The notes: generated by a model not told the origin, from the letters alone. Shown: positions 20,214-30,225, numbered from the stretch's first letter. The stretch is 64,000 bases of DNA from an uncultured delta proteobacterium (GCA_963848295.1 CAWKDB010000010.1:608001-672000), one strand, 5' to 3'. Numbers and translations are program-made.

Positions 20214-21108
20214 CCCAGAAATCGAAGAAGTTAAACCAGTTCAACGGAGCCGCTCGCGCATAGGTCTCGAGGATCGAAGCATAGGACCGAGCGTAGCGTT
20301 CGAGGGCCGCCGCGCGGTCGTTGCGTTCCAGTCTTACCTCGTCGGCGAGGAACTCGAAATGCAAAGCGTAGTGATTGGGACGGGTATAGACCCCGGCCAC
20401 GAAGTAAACCGGGCAACGCAGCGCGTGGGCGAGCAACCAGGGGCCCGCCGGGAACGCCGCTTCGGCGCCGAGGAACTCGGTGACCACGACCCGGGCATCT
20501 GCCTTCTTGCCGGCCTTGGGTTGGCGATCGCCGAGGATCGCGACCAGCTCGCCGCGCTCGATCGCCGCGCGGATCGCGAGCATCGTGGACAGTGGGTCGG
20601 TGCCGAGCGGGATCAGCCGCATGTCGATGTCGGGGGCGAGCGAGCGCAGCACGCCGTTGACTCGCTCGGCGTTCGTGAAGTCGACCACGACGTTGATCGG
20701 GATCGCGAAGTCCTTCGCGCGACACCGCATCACCTCGAAGCTGCCGAGGTGAGCGCCGAGCAACAGCACGCCGCGCCCGCTCTTGGCCGCCTGCTCGAGC
20801 AGGTCGTGGTTGTTGTGCTCGAACTCGAACGAGCCGAGCCGGCCGGTCAGGAAGAACAGCCGGTCGAGGCTGACCTGCGCGAACGTATGGATGTGGCGCA
20901 CGATCGCGCCGAACGTCGCGCGATGGCCGATCCGGCGCAGGTAGTCGCGCGAGGCGCGCCGCGCGGTGCCGCGAAACAGCGCGTAGTAGAACGCGATGAT
21001 GTAGAGGAACCAGCCCGCGATCCGGCGCCCCACGGTGCGCGCGAACAGCACCAGCATCCGAATCCCGAACACCGTTCCGGCCTCCGGGATCTTGCGCCAG
21101 TCACTCAT
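20200..21108 (-). CDS. LpxL-like acyltransferase (C-terminal half of ApeJ-type protein)
   Basis: AHLGSFE, GDR, FPAGP, terminal NWFNFFDFW. Confidence 0.88.
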   Translation of the reverse strand: MSDWRKIPEAGTVFGIRMLVLFARTVGRRIAGWFLYIIAFYYALFRGTARRASRDYLRRIGHRATFGAIVRHIHTFAQVSLDRLFFLTGRLGSFEFEHNNHDLLEQAAKSGRGVLLLGAHLGSFEVMRCRAKDFAIPINVVVDFTNAERVNGVLRSLAPDIDMRLIPLGTDPLSTMLAIRAAIERGELVAILGDRQPKAGKKADARVVVTEFLGAEAAFPAGPWLLAHALRCPVYFVAGVYTRPNHYALHFEFLADEVRLERNDRAAALERYARSYASILETYARAAPLNWFNFFDFWGARE

Positions 21109-21851
21109 CTTCGCAGCCGCTGGATCAACGCTCTCACCGGTTTGGTCAGCAGCCGCAGCACGCCCTCTACGCATAGCCGGAAATGGGCGCCCGCGATCAA
21201 CAACGTATCGACCACTCCGCGGTAATGCGAGACACCACCGTCATCGGCCGTGCGATAGATCACCGGAGTCGGCACGTGTACGACCGCGACGCCGGCCCAC
21301 ACGAGGCGCACCGCGATCTCCGGATCGAAGTCCATCGCGTTGCCGCGCGCGCGCACGCGCAGCGCCTTCGCGACCGGATACACGCGAAACCCGCACAGCG
21401 GATCGCCGACCTTGCGGCCGAGCGTCTCGACCATCGCCATGAACGCGGTGATCTTGCGAGCGCGCAGTCGGCCCTTCGGCGCCGACGCGTCGAACGTGGG
21501 CTGTGCGAGCACGAGCGTGCCGTTCGGTGCCTCGGTCACGCCGGCGACCAGCTTCGGGATGTCGTTCGGATCGTGTTGCAGATCGGCGTCGATCTGCAGC
21601 GCGTAGTCGTAGTGATGCTCGTGCGCCCATGCGAGCCCGGTCTTGACCGCGGCGCCTTTGCCGCCGTTGTGCGGGCGGAACACGACCTGGCAGCGGCCGG
21701 CGTCGGCGAGCTGCTGGACGACGTTGCGCGCGGGCTCGGCGCTGCCGTCATCGATGACCACGACATCGGCGATGTGCTCGCGCACACGCGTCACCACCTC
21801 CTCGAGCGTCTGAGGATTGTTGTAGGTCGGGATGATCGCGCATAGCCGCAT
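21105..21851 (-). CDS. Family 2 glycosyltransferase (N-terminal half of ApeJ-type protein)
   Basis: IPTYN, DDGS, NGGKGAA, DAD-x-QH, D-x-x-CGFRVYP, GVSHY. Confidence 0.92.
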   Translation of the reverse strand: MRLCAIIPTYNNPQTLEEVVTRVREHIADVVVIDDGSAEPARNVVQQLADAGRCQVVFRPHNGGKGAAVKTGLAWAHEHHYDYALQIDADLQHDPNDIPKLVAGVTEAPNGTLVLAQPTFDASAPKGRLRARKITAFMAMVETLGRKVGDPLCGFRVYPVAKALRVRARGNAMDFDPEIAVRLVWAGVAVVHVPTPVIYRTADDGGVSHYRGVVDTLLIAGAHFRLCVEGVLRLLTKPVRALIQRLRR

Positions 21852-21852
21852 G

Positions 21853-23487
21853 TCATTCCACGAGCAGCTGGCCGGACGCAACCACCGTCGGTGCGGATGC
21901 ATCGCCGGTCGCTGCCGATAGCACCTCGAACAACACGGTGCCGGCGTCGCGCTTGATCGTCACCGAGAGTTGTTGGTCCGGCAGCACCGGGCGGCGAAAC
22001 CTCAACCGGCGAATCCCGCGCAGCGTCTTGATCTCGGGGAGCTCGGACTTCACGACCGGCCACACGAGCCGTTCGACGATGACCGCGCCGGGCAGGATCG
22101 CGAACGCATCGAAGTGGCCGCGAAAGAACACCAAGTCGCGCGGGATCGAGGCGGCGTACTCGCCCGGCCCGACGCGGCGCAGCGGAATGCGATCGGTCGT
22201 GCCGTCGGTGTCGAACCGAACCAGATCGCGCACGCGTTCGCTGTCGACCTTGCCGCGCTCGGTGCGCGGAATCCGCGGCACGACCTTGATGATGCGCGGC
22301 ACGAACACGCCGTCGAACTCGGCGCGAATCGCCTCCGCGATCGCCGCGCGCGCCACCGGTTGCGACTGGCTGATCACCAGCGCGGTCCGCGGCTCGTTGC
22401 CCGCCGTCTCGACGACGGTGAGCGCGACATCGGTCACGCCAGGCACCGCCAGCACGGTCGCCTCGATCGCGTGCGCGTGAGCTCGCTTGCCGGCGATCTT
22501 GACCAGCTCGCTCGAGCGCCCGAGGTAGTGGAACGTGCGCTCGCCGCGCAGCTCGACGCGATCATCGAGCTCGACGCGCCCCGCCCCAGCCCACGGTGAT
22601 TCGATCACGAGCTTGCCGTCGGGCGCCGACATGGTGACACCGGGCAGCGCCGTCCACGGCTGCTCGGGATGCGTGCGGGTCGCGATGCCGCCGGTCTCGG
22701 TCGAGCCGAGGACGTCGGTGACATGCCAGCCGTGGCGAGTGACGAGCGCCATGTGGAGCTCGGCCGACAACCGCGCGCCGCTCGAGATCACCCGCAGCCC
22801 GCGCGGCATCGCCGCACTCGCCATCGCGCGCAGGTGCGCGGGCGTGCTGATCATCAGATCGACGCCCTCGCGCTCGATCGCCGCGGCGACATCCACCGGT
22901 AGCAGAGCGTCGTGGCTGACGATGCGCGCGCCGAACCGCAGCGGCAGCATGACGCCGAACAACAAGCCGTAGAGATGCGACAGCGGCACGGTCGACAGCA
23001 CGCACGACGCGGCCGGCAGCACGCTCGACAGCACACCGATCTCGCCGGTGAGCTGCGCCATCGCCTTGGTGACGTACCGCGGCCGCTCGGTCGTACCCGA
23101 CGTCGTCATCCGCACGGCGATCGTCGGTAGCGTGGTCGCATCGGTCATCGGCCCGCCCGCGATCACCGCCGGGACGTACAGCGCCTTTGGCGATCGCTGT
23201 TGGAGCGCGTCATCGTCGTGCAGCACCGCCGCGACGCTCGGATCGCCATCGACGCGATCGAGCGTGCCGGCCTGGACGTTCGGCAACAGCTCGACCGTCG
23301 CGCCCGCCAGCCACGCGCCGAGCAGGCCAGGCACGTACGACCGCGCGTGCCGGCACGACAACACGACATGGCTGGCGGGCCCGATCCGCGCCGCGATCCG
23401 CCGGGCCTCGGCGCTCAGATCGCGCAGGGTCTCCCCGTCGCGATGCCACGGTCGTGCGAGATCAGCATGTAGCAGGGAGCTCAACAT
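21853..23487 (-). CDS. Acyl-ACP/CoA synthetase fused to an ApeI-like hotdog dehydratase
   Basis: TTSGTT, HLYG, GSTETGG, GR...KIAGKR; C-terminal F-x-GHF...LPG and L-x-F-x-x-P-x-x-P. Confidence 0.85.
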   Translation of the reverse strand: MLSSLLHADLARPWHRDGETLRDLSAEARRIAARIGPASHVVLSCRHARSYVPGLLGAWLAGATVELLPNVQAGTLDRVDGDPSVAAVLHDDDALQQRSPKALYVPAVIAGGPMTDATTLPTIAVRMTTSGTTERPRYVTKAMAQLTGEIGVLSSVLPAASCVLSTVPLSHLYGLLFGVMLPLRFGARIVSHDALLPVDVAAAIEREGVDLMISTPAHLRAMASAAMPRGLRVISSGARLSAELHMALVTRHGWHVTDVLGSTETGGIATRTHPEQPWTALPGVTMSAPDGKLVIESPWAGAGRVELDDRVELRGERTFHYLGRSSELVKIAGKRAHAHAIEATVLAVPGVTDVALTVVETAGNEPRTALVISQSQPVARAAIAEAIRAEFDGVFVPRIIKVVPRIPRTERGKVDSERVRDLVRFDTDGTTDRIPLRRVGPGEYAASIPRDLVFFRGHFDAFAILPGAVIVERLVWPVVKSELPEIKTLRGIRRLRFRRPVLPDQQLSVTIKRDAGTVLFEVLSAATGDASAPTVVASGQLLVE

Positions 23488-24110
23488 CGACCGGCCCCGG
23501 AACGGGACGGAGGGAACAACTTGCTCAGGATCCAGTCAAGCGGATTGCGGCCGTAATCGCGGAACTGGATCTTGCGCACGACGTGCTCGACCGCGAACAG
23601 CACGCCGACGAGGACATAGCTGCCGATGCCGACGTAGACCGTCCAGACCTCCAGCGACGCCCACGCCGCGAGCACGAGGCCGATCGCGGCGAGCACGATG
23701 AGGTAGTAACCCCACACGCGGGTCCAGCTCCGGCAGTGCGCGAGCTCGCCTGCGCTGAGCTCGGGCTTGACCATCCGGGCGAAGTGCTCGATCAACGGCG
23801 TGCCGCGCAGCGAGCGCAGGAACGTCAGCCCGAACGTCGCCTGCGTCGCGGCCGGCAATACGAGCAGCCAGGTCCCGTTATTCGACACCCAGCCGAGCAA
23901 CGCGAACACCGCGGCGATCGCGGGCAGCTGGAGCGCGGCGGCTCGTTGCTCGCGCTTGGCCGACAGCAAGATCGGGATCGTCCGCACGACGACCCAACCG
24001 CACAACGTCAGCGCGGCGACCGCCACGTCCTGGCGAGTGAGCGTCCAGTACAGGACCCAGGGCGACGCGAGGATGAACAGCGTCGAGAGGACGTTGAGGG
24101 TCGCCTTCAT
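23481..24110 (-). CDS. COG4648-like membrane protein (ApeG-like)
   Basis: F-x-x-SL...P-x-IE-x-FAR, T-x-VW, W-x-x-Y, E-x-x-x-R. Confidence 0.8.
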   Translation of the reverse strand: MKATLNVLSTLFILASPWVLYWTLTRQDVAVAALTLCGWVVVRTIPILLSAKREQRAAALQLPAIAAVFALLGWVSNNGTWLLVLPAATQATFGLTFLRSLRGTPLIEHFARMVKPELSAGELAHCRSWTRVWGYYLIVLAAIGLVLAAWASLEVWTVYVGIGSYVLVGVLFAVEHVVRKIQFRDYGRNPLDWILSKLFPPSRSGAGRC

Positions 24111-24769
24111 CACAAGGTCTCGTAGCCCTCGTTCTCGATCCCGAGGGTGTAGCCGAACCATTCGTTGTGGAGCGTCGCCGAGTCGGGCTCGCACTCCGCA
24201 GCCGTGCAGCCGGGCCCGAGCTCGATCCGCACCGCGCCGTGGAGCAGCGCGTTGTCCGGCCGGGTGAACACGGTCGCGCGCAGCTGGCCGGCTTGCCAGG
24301 TCTCCTCGACGTGCTCGCCATCGAGCTCGCCGGTGCGCGTGCCCGAGAAGCTCGCGCCGGCATCGGCCGGCACCGGCAGGTGCTTGAAGAACACGCGATG
24401 GACGTCGACGATCATGTTGCGCGGCGAGAACGGCAGCGGCGGGCCCATGAACTGGACGAACTCGATCTGGTTGCCTTGATGCTTGACGGTGAACGCCTTG
24501 ACGTTCATCGGTCCGAACCCGACGATCAGCAGCGTGTCGCCCTGCTTCTGCAGCACGGCGTCGAACTCGCCCTCGACCGGCGTGCCGTCGGGCTTCTTCG
24601 CGTGAATCGTGATCGTCTGGCGCACGACGAAGTCACGCCCCAACGTGCGCGGATCGTGGATGACGCCCGGATACTCGGCCGGGTCGCTCGTCAGCATCAG
24701 CGTACGCCGCACGGGTTGGCCGCAGCCGGCCGCCGCGATGGCGAGCGCTACTAGGACCGCGGCCTTCAT
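24110..24769 (-). CDS. DUF3261-like lipoprotein (ApeN-like)
   Basis: Lipobox AAGC; position in the cluster; terminal GY-x-L-x-I. Confidence 0.7.
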   Translation of the reverse strand: MKAAVLVALAIAAAGCGQPVRRTLMLTSDPAEYPGVIHDPRTLGRDFVVRQTITIHAKKPDGTPVEGEFDAVLQKQGDTLLIVGFGPMNVKAFTVKHQGNQIEFVQFMGPPLPFSPRNMIVDVHRVFFKHLPVPADAGASFSGTRTGELDGEHVEETWQAGQLRATVFTRPDNALLHGAVRIELGPGCTAAECEPDSATLHNEWFGYTLGIENEGYETL

Positions 24770-27114
24770 GGAGAGGCGTCCTTCGTACCGAAGTTGTGGC
24801 CCGACGACGATGCTAGAAGGAAACAAAACACGAGGTTGAATGTCACGCCCAACGTCACGGTGGTCCCGAGCGCCGCCAGGCCCAGCGTATGGCTCAGCGC
24901 GAGCAGGCCGAACGACAAGATCGTCGTCACCGATGCGGTCAGGATCGTCACCATCGTGCGCGCGGTGCCCTCGGCGGTCTTCGCGGTGTCGACGAAGAAG
25001 ATCCCGAAGTCGGTGCCGAGCGACACGACGAGCAACAGCGACATCACGTGCAGGATCGTCAGCGACACGCCTGCGACGACGAGCGTGTCGACCGTGACCG
25101 CGCACGCGAGCACCGCCGGCATCAGCGCGACGAGCACCTTGCGCACGTCGCGATAGCGGGCGAGCAGCAGCAGGAAGATCACGACGAGCCCGATCCCGGA
25201 CGCCACGACGATCTTGACCCGCACGCCGCGGAACAATTCGACGATCGTCTCGTTCGGCACGATGATCGTCGCCGCCGTGACCTTGGCGCGTAGCGCCGCG
25301 AAGTCGTTGACCCCGACCAGCGGGATCAGCGCGACCGGCGTCGCGTGCGCCGGCAGCCACGTCGCGAGCAACGGAGCGAGCGGCGAGTGACGAACGTCGT
25401 CGAGCGTGAGCAACTTCGGCGATGTCGCCGCGAGCGCGTCCCAGAACGGCTGGAACTGCTCCGGCACGAAGCCGAGCTCGGCCATCGCGGCGCGGATCCG
25501 CGGCTCGGCGGCACGCGCGGCGGCAAACCGCGCGGCTTGCTCGCGCTGGCTCGGCACGAGCTGGCCGAGGGGGATGAACGAGCCGAGATCGCCGGCGGCG
25601 CGCGCTCGCTCGAGCTGCTCGGTCGCGGTCCCGACGGCCTCGAGCAACTGCTCGTCGGTGGCCGCGGTGATCACCGCGAACGAGCTCGTCTCGGGCCCGA
25701 GCCTCGAGCGCACCGCGCGATCATCGTCGGCGTGCTTGCCCTCGCCGTTGACGAGGATGTTGACGTTGTCGGAGAACGACGCCGCGCGCACCACGACGAC
25801 CGTCGTCAGCGCCGCGATCACGACACCGGCGATCCGCGCGGCCTTGCCCGAACGCCGCAGCGTCAACCGCGCCAGCACCGCGGTGACGCCGCGATCGATC
25901 CAACCGGCGGTCGGCGGCGGCCGATAGCGCGACGGCATCCACGGCGGCACGATCCAGTACGTCGCCGCCATCGACGCGATGATCGCGATCGCGGAGAACA
26001 CCGCCATCTGGCGCAAGCCCAGCAGGCCGGAGAACCCGATGCCGACGAAGCCGATGATCGTGGTCAGCGCGCCGAACACGATGCTGGGCGCGACCCGCTT
26101 CATCGTCGTCGCTGCCGGAACCGTCGGGGTCAGCGCGAAGTGGATGTAATACAGCTCGACATAATCGAGCCCGACGCCGAGCAGCGAGGTCCCGAACGCG
26201 ATCGTGATGCCGTGGATCTCGCCGAACAGCGCTTCGCACGCGAGCACCGCGACCGCGCTTCCGAACAGCATCGGCAAGAACCCGACGAGGATCAGGCGCA
26301 ACGATCCGAACAACGACAAGAAGATGACGAGCATGCCGATCGTCGAGATCGTGCTGATCCGACTGACGTCGCCCTTGATCTGCGCCTCCGACGCGAGCGC
26401 GAACTGCGCGGCGCCCGACGTCTGTACCGTCGCCGGTGCCGGTGCCGCTTTCGCGATCCAGCCGTCGAGGGTCGCGCGAAACCGCCGTTGCGCTTCGCTG
26501 TCGAATGGCGAAGCGACGGTCTCGACGAACACGAACGCGTGCAGGTGATCGGCGGAGAACAGCACGCCGCCGTCGTCGATGATCATCGTGCCCTGGGCAC
26601 GGCGTAGCGCGTTGATCGGCTCCCACATCCCGCCGAGCGGATCGCGCGGCGCGGTCTGGCGCACGACGACCCCGGTCGGGCCGCCGAGCTGGTCGCGCAG
26701 GTCCGACAGGCGCTGGTGGATCGCCGCGTCGGTATAGGCGGACTGCGACAGGAACGTCGTCGGCGGCCAGCGCTCGAGGAACGCGAACATCGCGGTCACG
26801 TCGGCCTCGGTGACGCCGCTGCGCGCGAGCTCGACGTCGGGGTCGGCGTGGAGAAAGTCGATCAGCGCGTGCGCGAGCGTGCGCAGCCGATCGGGCGCCG
26901 CGGCCGGCTCGCCCAGCGACAGATCCACGACCATGATGCGAGCGACCTCGCTGTCGGCGAGCATCGCGGCGATCTGCGCGCCGCGATCGTTGGTGTCGGG
27001 CAGAAATGCGGTGATCTTCGTCGTGAACCGGAAGTGCGGCAGCGCGACGACAAAGCCGAGCGCGGTCGCGAGCAGCACGACGATTGTCGCGGCACGCGCG
27101 CGCCAACGCCTCAC
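24766..27114 (-). CDS. MMPL/RND-type exporter (ApeM-like)
   Basis: Two TM bundles; FG-x-SL-x-GV-x-x-DY, G-x-DF-x-IF, TT-x-x-SFG-x-L-x-x-S. Confidence 0.85.
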   Translation of the reverse strand: MRRWRARAATIVVLLATALGFVVALPHFRFTTKITAFLPDTNDRGAQIAAMLADSEVARIMVVDLSLGEPAAAPDRLRTLAHALIDFLHADPDVELARSGVTEADVTAMFAFLERWPPTTFLSQSAYTDAAIHQRLSDLRDQLGGPTGVVVRQTAPRDPLGGMWEPINALRRAQGTMIIDDGGVLFSADHLHAFVFVETVASPFDSEAQRRFRATLDGWIAKAAPAPATVQTSGAAQFALASEAQIKGDVSRISTISTIGMLVIFLSLFGSLRLILVGFLPMLFGSAVAVLACEALFGEIHGITIAFGTSLLGVGLDYVELYYIHFALTPTVPAATTMKRVAPSIVFGALTTIIGFVGIGFSGLLGLRQMAVFSAIAIIASMAATYWIVPPWMPSRYRPPPTAGWIDRGVTAVLARLTLRRSGKAARIAGVVIAALTTVVVVRAASFSDNVNILVNGEGKHADDDRAVRSRLGPETSSFAVITAATDEQLLEAVGTATEQLERARAAGDLGSFIPLGQLVPSQREQAARFAAARAAEPRIRAAMAELGFVPEQFQPFWDALAATSPKLLTLDDVRHSPLAPLLATWLPAHATPVALIPLVGVNDFAALRAKVTAATIIVPNETIVELFRGVRVKIVVASGIGLVVIFLLLLARYRDVRKVLVALMPAVLACAVTVDTLVVAGVSLTILHVMSLLLVVSLGTDFGIFFVDTAKTAEGTARTMVTILTASVTTILSFGLLALSHTLGLAALGTTVTLGVTFNLVFCFLLASSSGHNFGTKDASP

Positions 27115-27779
27115 GTCGCCCCGAAAGCAGTCGCGATCTCGGCGTCGCGCACGTCGCCGTTCTTGTGGATGTCGGTCAACCGGGTGTCCGTCGTATCCCC
27201 GCTCGCCTCGGTGACCCGCAGCGAGACGACCTCGGCCTTGTGGCCGAACACGATGACTCCTCGGACGAGCGCGCGAAGCGAATCGCTCTTCGGGGTGAAC
27301 GACAACGCCCACCAATCGCGGTCGCTGCCGTAGAGCGCGATGTCGAACGTGTGCTCGAGCTCGGCGCGGTCGCCGCGCAGCATGGTCGGGAAGATCAGCG
27401 CGAACGCCTTGAGGTCCTTGCTCTTGTCGAGCGAGATCTCCTCGGTGTGGTTGTCCTTGCGGATCTTGAGCGACGTCCGGGTCAGCACGACCTGCTGGAG
27501 CTTCGGCGTCAGCGCGGTGCGCGCGATGCCGATGTCGCGATCGAAGTAGATCGTGCCGGTCGACTCGAGCGGCCGGGCGAGCAGCGCGATGTGCTTCTGC
27601 TCGCTGAACTTGCAGCTCAGGCGATCGAGCTTGAGGTGCGCGAACACCGGATCGATCTTGGCGCCGTCGCGGCTTGCCGAGCCCGACATCAAGCTCGCCG
27701 GCGGATCGTCGCCGGCGGCGGCCGCGCCAGCGCCGGCGAACAACGCGAGGCTCGCGAAGATCGCGAGCGATCGCCTCAT
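27111..27779 (-). CDS. LolA-like lipoprotein carrier (ApeL-like)
   Basis: F-x-E-x-K-x-x-x-x-L-x-x-P-x-x-S-x-G, W-x-L-x-x-x-PK, E-x-x-GD-x-T. Confidence 0.85.
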   Translation of the reverse strand: MRRSLAIFASLALFAGAGAAAAGDDPPASLMSGSASRDGAKIDPVFAHLKLDRLSCKFSEQKHIALLARPLESTGTIYFDRDIGIARTALTPKLQQVVLTRTSLKIRKDNHTEEISLDKSKDLKAFALIFPTMLRGDRAELEHTFDIALYGSDRDWWALSFTPKSDSLRALVRGVIVFGHKAEVVSLRVTEASGDTTDTRLTDIHKNGDVRDAEIATAFGAT

Positions 27780-28078
27780 GACTCGGTCTGGGCCGGGGTC
27801 GGCGGCGCGTGCCCGGGCGCCGGCTGGGTCGCCAGGATCGCCTCGATCGCCACGATCACGTCCTCGATCGTGCGCAACTCCCGGATCTTGGCCTCGTCGA
27901 ACACCATCCCGGTGGTCTCTTCGACCTTCACGGCGAGGTCGATCGCGTCGAGGCTATCGAGCTCGAGGTCGTCGATCAGGCGGGCGCTCGGCTGGACCCG
28001 GGCCGCATCGAGCTTGAACAGCTCGTTCATCATCGCCTGGATTTGCTCCAGGATCTCGGCTCTAGACGGTGCGGCCAT
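27776..28078 (-). CDS. Acyl carrier protein 2 (ApeF-like)
   Basis: DLELDSLDAIDL phosphopantetheine motif. Confidence 0.92.
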   Translation of the reverse strand: MAAPSRAEILEQIQAMMNELFKLDAARVQPSARLIDDLELDSLDAIDLAVKVEETTGMVFDEAKIRELRTIEDVIVAIEAILATQPAPGHAPPTPAQTES

Positions 28079-28160
28079 AAGGCGTCGCTAGTTTAGTTAC
28101 CGAGGGTGCGATTTCAAGCCAGATCGTGCCCAGGATGCCCCACGATCGTCACCTGCGCGG

Positions 28161-28799
28161 TCAGAAATTGCCAGAGAGCGCGAGCCCCTGGGCGTTGTTG
28201 GTCACCATCGGCGCGATCATCACGTTGCTGACGAGGTCGTTGCGGACGAACACGCGCTTGGTCGACGTCATGCCGTAGTACAGCATCACCGCGCCCGCGA
28301 CCTGTGCCGCGCCGAGGCCGACGAGGAACACGTCTTCAGTCGCGCTGTTGCTGTTGCCGATCTGGATGAACGGGCCGGCGACCGGGATCCACATCGCGGC
28401 GACCGGGTTGGTCTCGCCTTGGTTGGTGTCTTGGCCGACCGCCGCGATCAGCGCGCTGACGGCGTAGGTGGCGCCGAGCGTCGCCGCGCCGCCGATGATC
28501 AGCCCCTTGCGCTTGCGCTCGACCGCGGTGTAGCCGAGCGGCGCCTGCTGGCCGTCGACGACGTCGCTGATCTCTTCCGGGCCCGACAGCGCGACGCTCT
28601 GCGGGACGTACGTCGTCTGGGTCGTCTGCGATAGCGGCGCCGGGTAGAGCGGCGTGTAGACCTGGCCGGGTGCCGGCGGAGGCGCGACCACGATCGGCGC
28701 GGGTGCCGCACCGTCACCGTCGGCCAGCGCCAGGGTCGGGGCGAGCGTCAGGACCGCAACAGGAGCTACGACAGCGAGAAGGCGATTGAAGGCGACCAT
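28161..28799 (-). CDS. Unknown exported/membrane protein, paralog 3
   Basis: Signal peptide, Pro-rich segment, YVPQSVALSGP, MWIPVAGPF, KRVFVRNDLVSNV, ends GLALSGNF. Confidence 0.8.
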   Translation of the reverse strand: MVAFNRLLAVVAPVAVLTLAPTLALADGDGAAPAPIVVAPPPAPGQVYTPLYPAPLSQTTQTTYVPQSVALSGPEEISDVVDGQQAPLGYTAVERKRKGLIIGGAATLGATYAVSALIAAVGQDTNQGETNPVAAMWIPVAGPFIQIGNSNSATEDVFLVGLGAAQVAGAVMLYYGMTSTKRVFVRNDLVSNVMIAPMVTNNAQGLALSGNF

Positions 28800-28812
28800 G
28801 GGGAAACCCTTG

Positions 28813-28828
28813 AGCGAGAGTCGTGCCA
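28813..28828 (-). promoter_or_regulatory. sigma54 promoter (copy A)
   Basis: TGGCACGACTCTCGCT; 14 nt between the -12 GC and the ATG. Confidence 0.75.
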
Positions 28829-28890
28829 CTCGTAACGATACGATTTGCGGTGGCCTAGGTGGGGTGCGATCCGCCGGACCGTTGGGTACC

Positions 28891-28904
28891 TGACGGCGAT
28901 GTCA
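28891..28904. promoter_or_regulatory. Inverted repeat TGAC-N6-GTCA, putative bEBP binding site (copy A)
   Basis: TGACGGCGATGTCA, 63 nt from the promoter; same spacing as copy B. Confidence 0.6.
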
Positions 28905-28930
28905 TATGTTTGCCGCGCGGGAGCGCCGGG

Positions 28931-29518
28931 CTACCACCTGCCGGACAGCGACAGCCCGGTCGCGCCGTTCGGGCCCGCCATCGGACCAACGACGACGTCG
29001 TGCAGGTAGTCGTTGCGGACCCAAACGCGTTTGGCGGACGTTGCGCCGAAGTACGTCATCACTGCTCCTGCGATCTGCGCTGCTCCGAGAGTGAAGAGGA
29101 GCACATTCTCGCCAGTGCAAACGCCCTCGCAGGAGCCGCTGGCCTGGCCGAGCTCGAGGAACGGACCCAGGATAGGGATCCACATCGGGGTATACGACCG
29201 CCCATTCTGAGGGTTCTGACCGTCGGCGGCCAAGAACGCCGAGAAGCCGTACGAGGTGGCGCACATGATCACGCCGTTGATCAGAAGCCCGGTTCGCCTG
29301 CGATGGACCTCGGTATAGCCGGCCGGCGGACCGCGGCTGTCGTCAACGTCGAGCTCAGCTGGGCCCCTCAGCGTGAGCGCTAGATGGCTCGGGGGCAACG
29401 CGCTCGGCGCTGCGAGTGGAGTCGTTTCACGATCGCCATCGGCTACCGCCAACGACGGCGCCAGCGAGAGCATAGCGAGCCACGCGGTCACGGCGATAGC
29501 GCGCTCGACAAGCACCAC
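28931..29518 (-). CDS. Unknown exported/membrane protein, paralog 2 (diverged)
   Basis: GYTEVHRRR, MWIPILGPF, KRVWVRND, ends GLSLSGRW; starts 3 nt after paralog 1. Confidence 0.75.
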   Translation of the reverse strand: MVLVERAIAVTAWLAMLSLAPSLAVADGDRETTPLAAPSALPPSHLALTLRGPAELDVDDSRGPPAGYTEVHRRRTGLLINGVIMCATSYGFSAFLAADGQNPQNGRSYTPMWIPILGPFLELGQASGSCEGVCTGENVLLFTLGAAQIAGAVMTYFGATSAKRVWVRNDYLHDVVVGPMAGPNGATGLSLSGRW

Positions 29519-29521
29519 GCT

Positions 29522-30196
29522 CTACCACTTGCCGGACAGCGAGAGCCCCGTGGCGCCATTCGGGCCCGCCATCGGCGTGACCGCGACGTTGCTCACGAGG
29601 TCGTTGCGGACGAACACCCGCTTGGTCGAGGTCGCCCCGAGGTACAGCATCACCGCGCCGGCGACCTGCGCCGCGCCGAGACCGACGAGGAACACGTTCT
29701 CGGTCGCGCTGTTGCTCTGGCCGATCTGGATGAACGGGCCGGCGACCGGGATCCACATCGCGGCTTCGGAGTTGGTGCCGCCGTTGTAGGACGAGTCGTC
29801 CTGACCAGTGGCGGCGATCAGCGCCGAGAGGCTGTACGACGCGGCGAGCGTGATCGCGCCGCCGAGCAGCATGCCCTTGCGCTTGCGATGAACCTCGGTG
29901 TAGCCGACCGGCGCGCGCCGGCCATCTTCGACGTCATCGATCTCGTCCGGGCCAGACAGCGCGACGCTCTGCGGGACGTACGTGGTCTGGGTCTGCTGCG
30001 ACAGCGGCGCGGTGTAGAGCGGCGTGTAGACCTGCGCCGGAGCCGGCGCTTGTCCGACCGGGATCTGCGGCTGCTGTGGCTGAGGCTGCATCGGGGCGCC
30101 AGAAGGCGCGCCCTCCTCGCCATCGGCGTGAGCCAGGCGCGGTGCGAGAATGGCGAGCGGGAGAGCCAAGGCAAGAAGGCGATTGACGGTGACCAT
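29522..30196 (-). CDS. Unknown exported/membrane protein, paralog 1
   Basis: Same motifs as paralog 3; ends GLSLSGKW. Confidence 0.8.
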   Translation of the reverse strand: MVTVNRLLALALPLAILAPRLAHADGEEGAPSGAPMQPQPQQPQIPVGQAPAPAQVYTPLYTAPLSQQTQTTYVPQSVALSGPDEIDDVEDGRRAPVGYTEVHRKRKGMLLGGAITLAASYSLSALIAATGQDDSSYNGGTNSEAAMWIPVAGPFIQIGQSNSATENVFLVGLGAAQVAGAVMLYLGATSTKRVFVRNDLVSNVAVTPMAGPNGATGLSLSGKW

Positions 30197-30209
30197 GGTC
30201 GGACCCTTA

Positions 30210-30225
30210 AGCGAGTCGCGTGCCA
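30210..30225 (-). promoter_or_regulatory. sigma54 promoter (copy B)
   Basis: TGGCACGCGACTCGCT; 14 nt between the -12 GC and the ATG. Confidence 0.75.
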
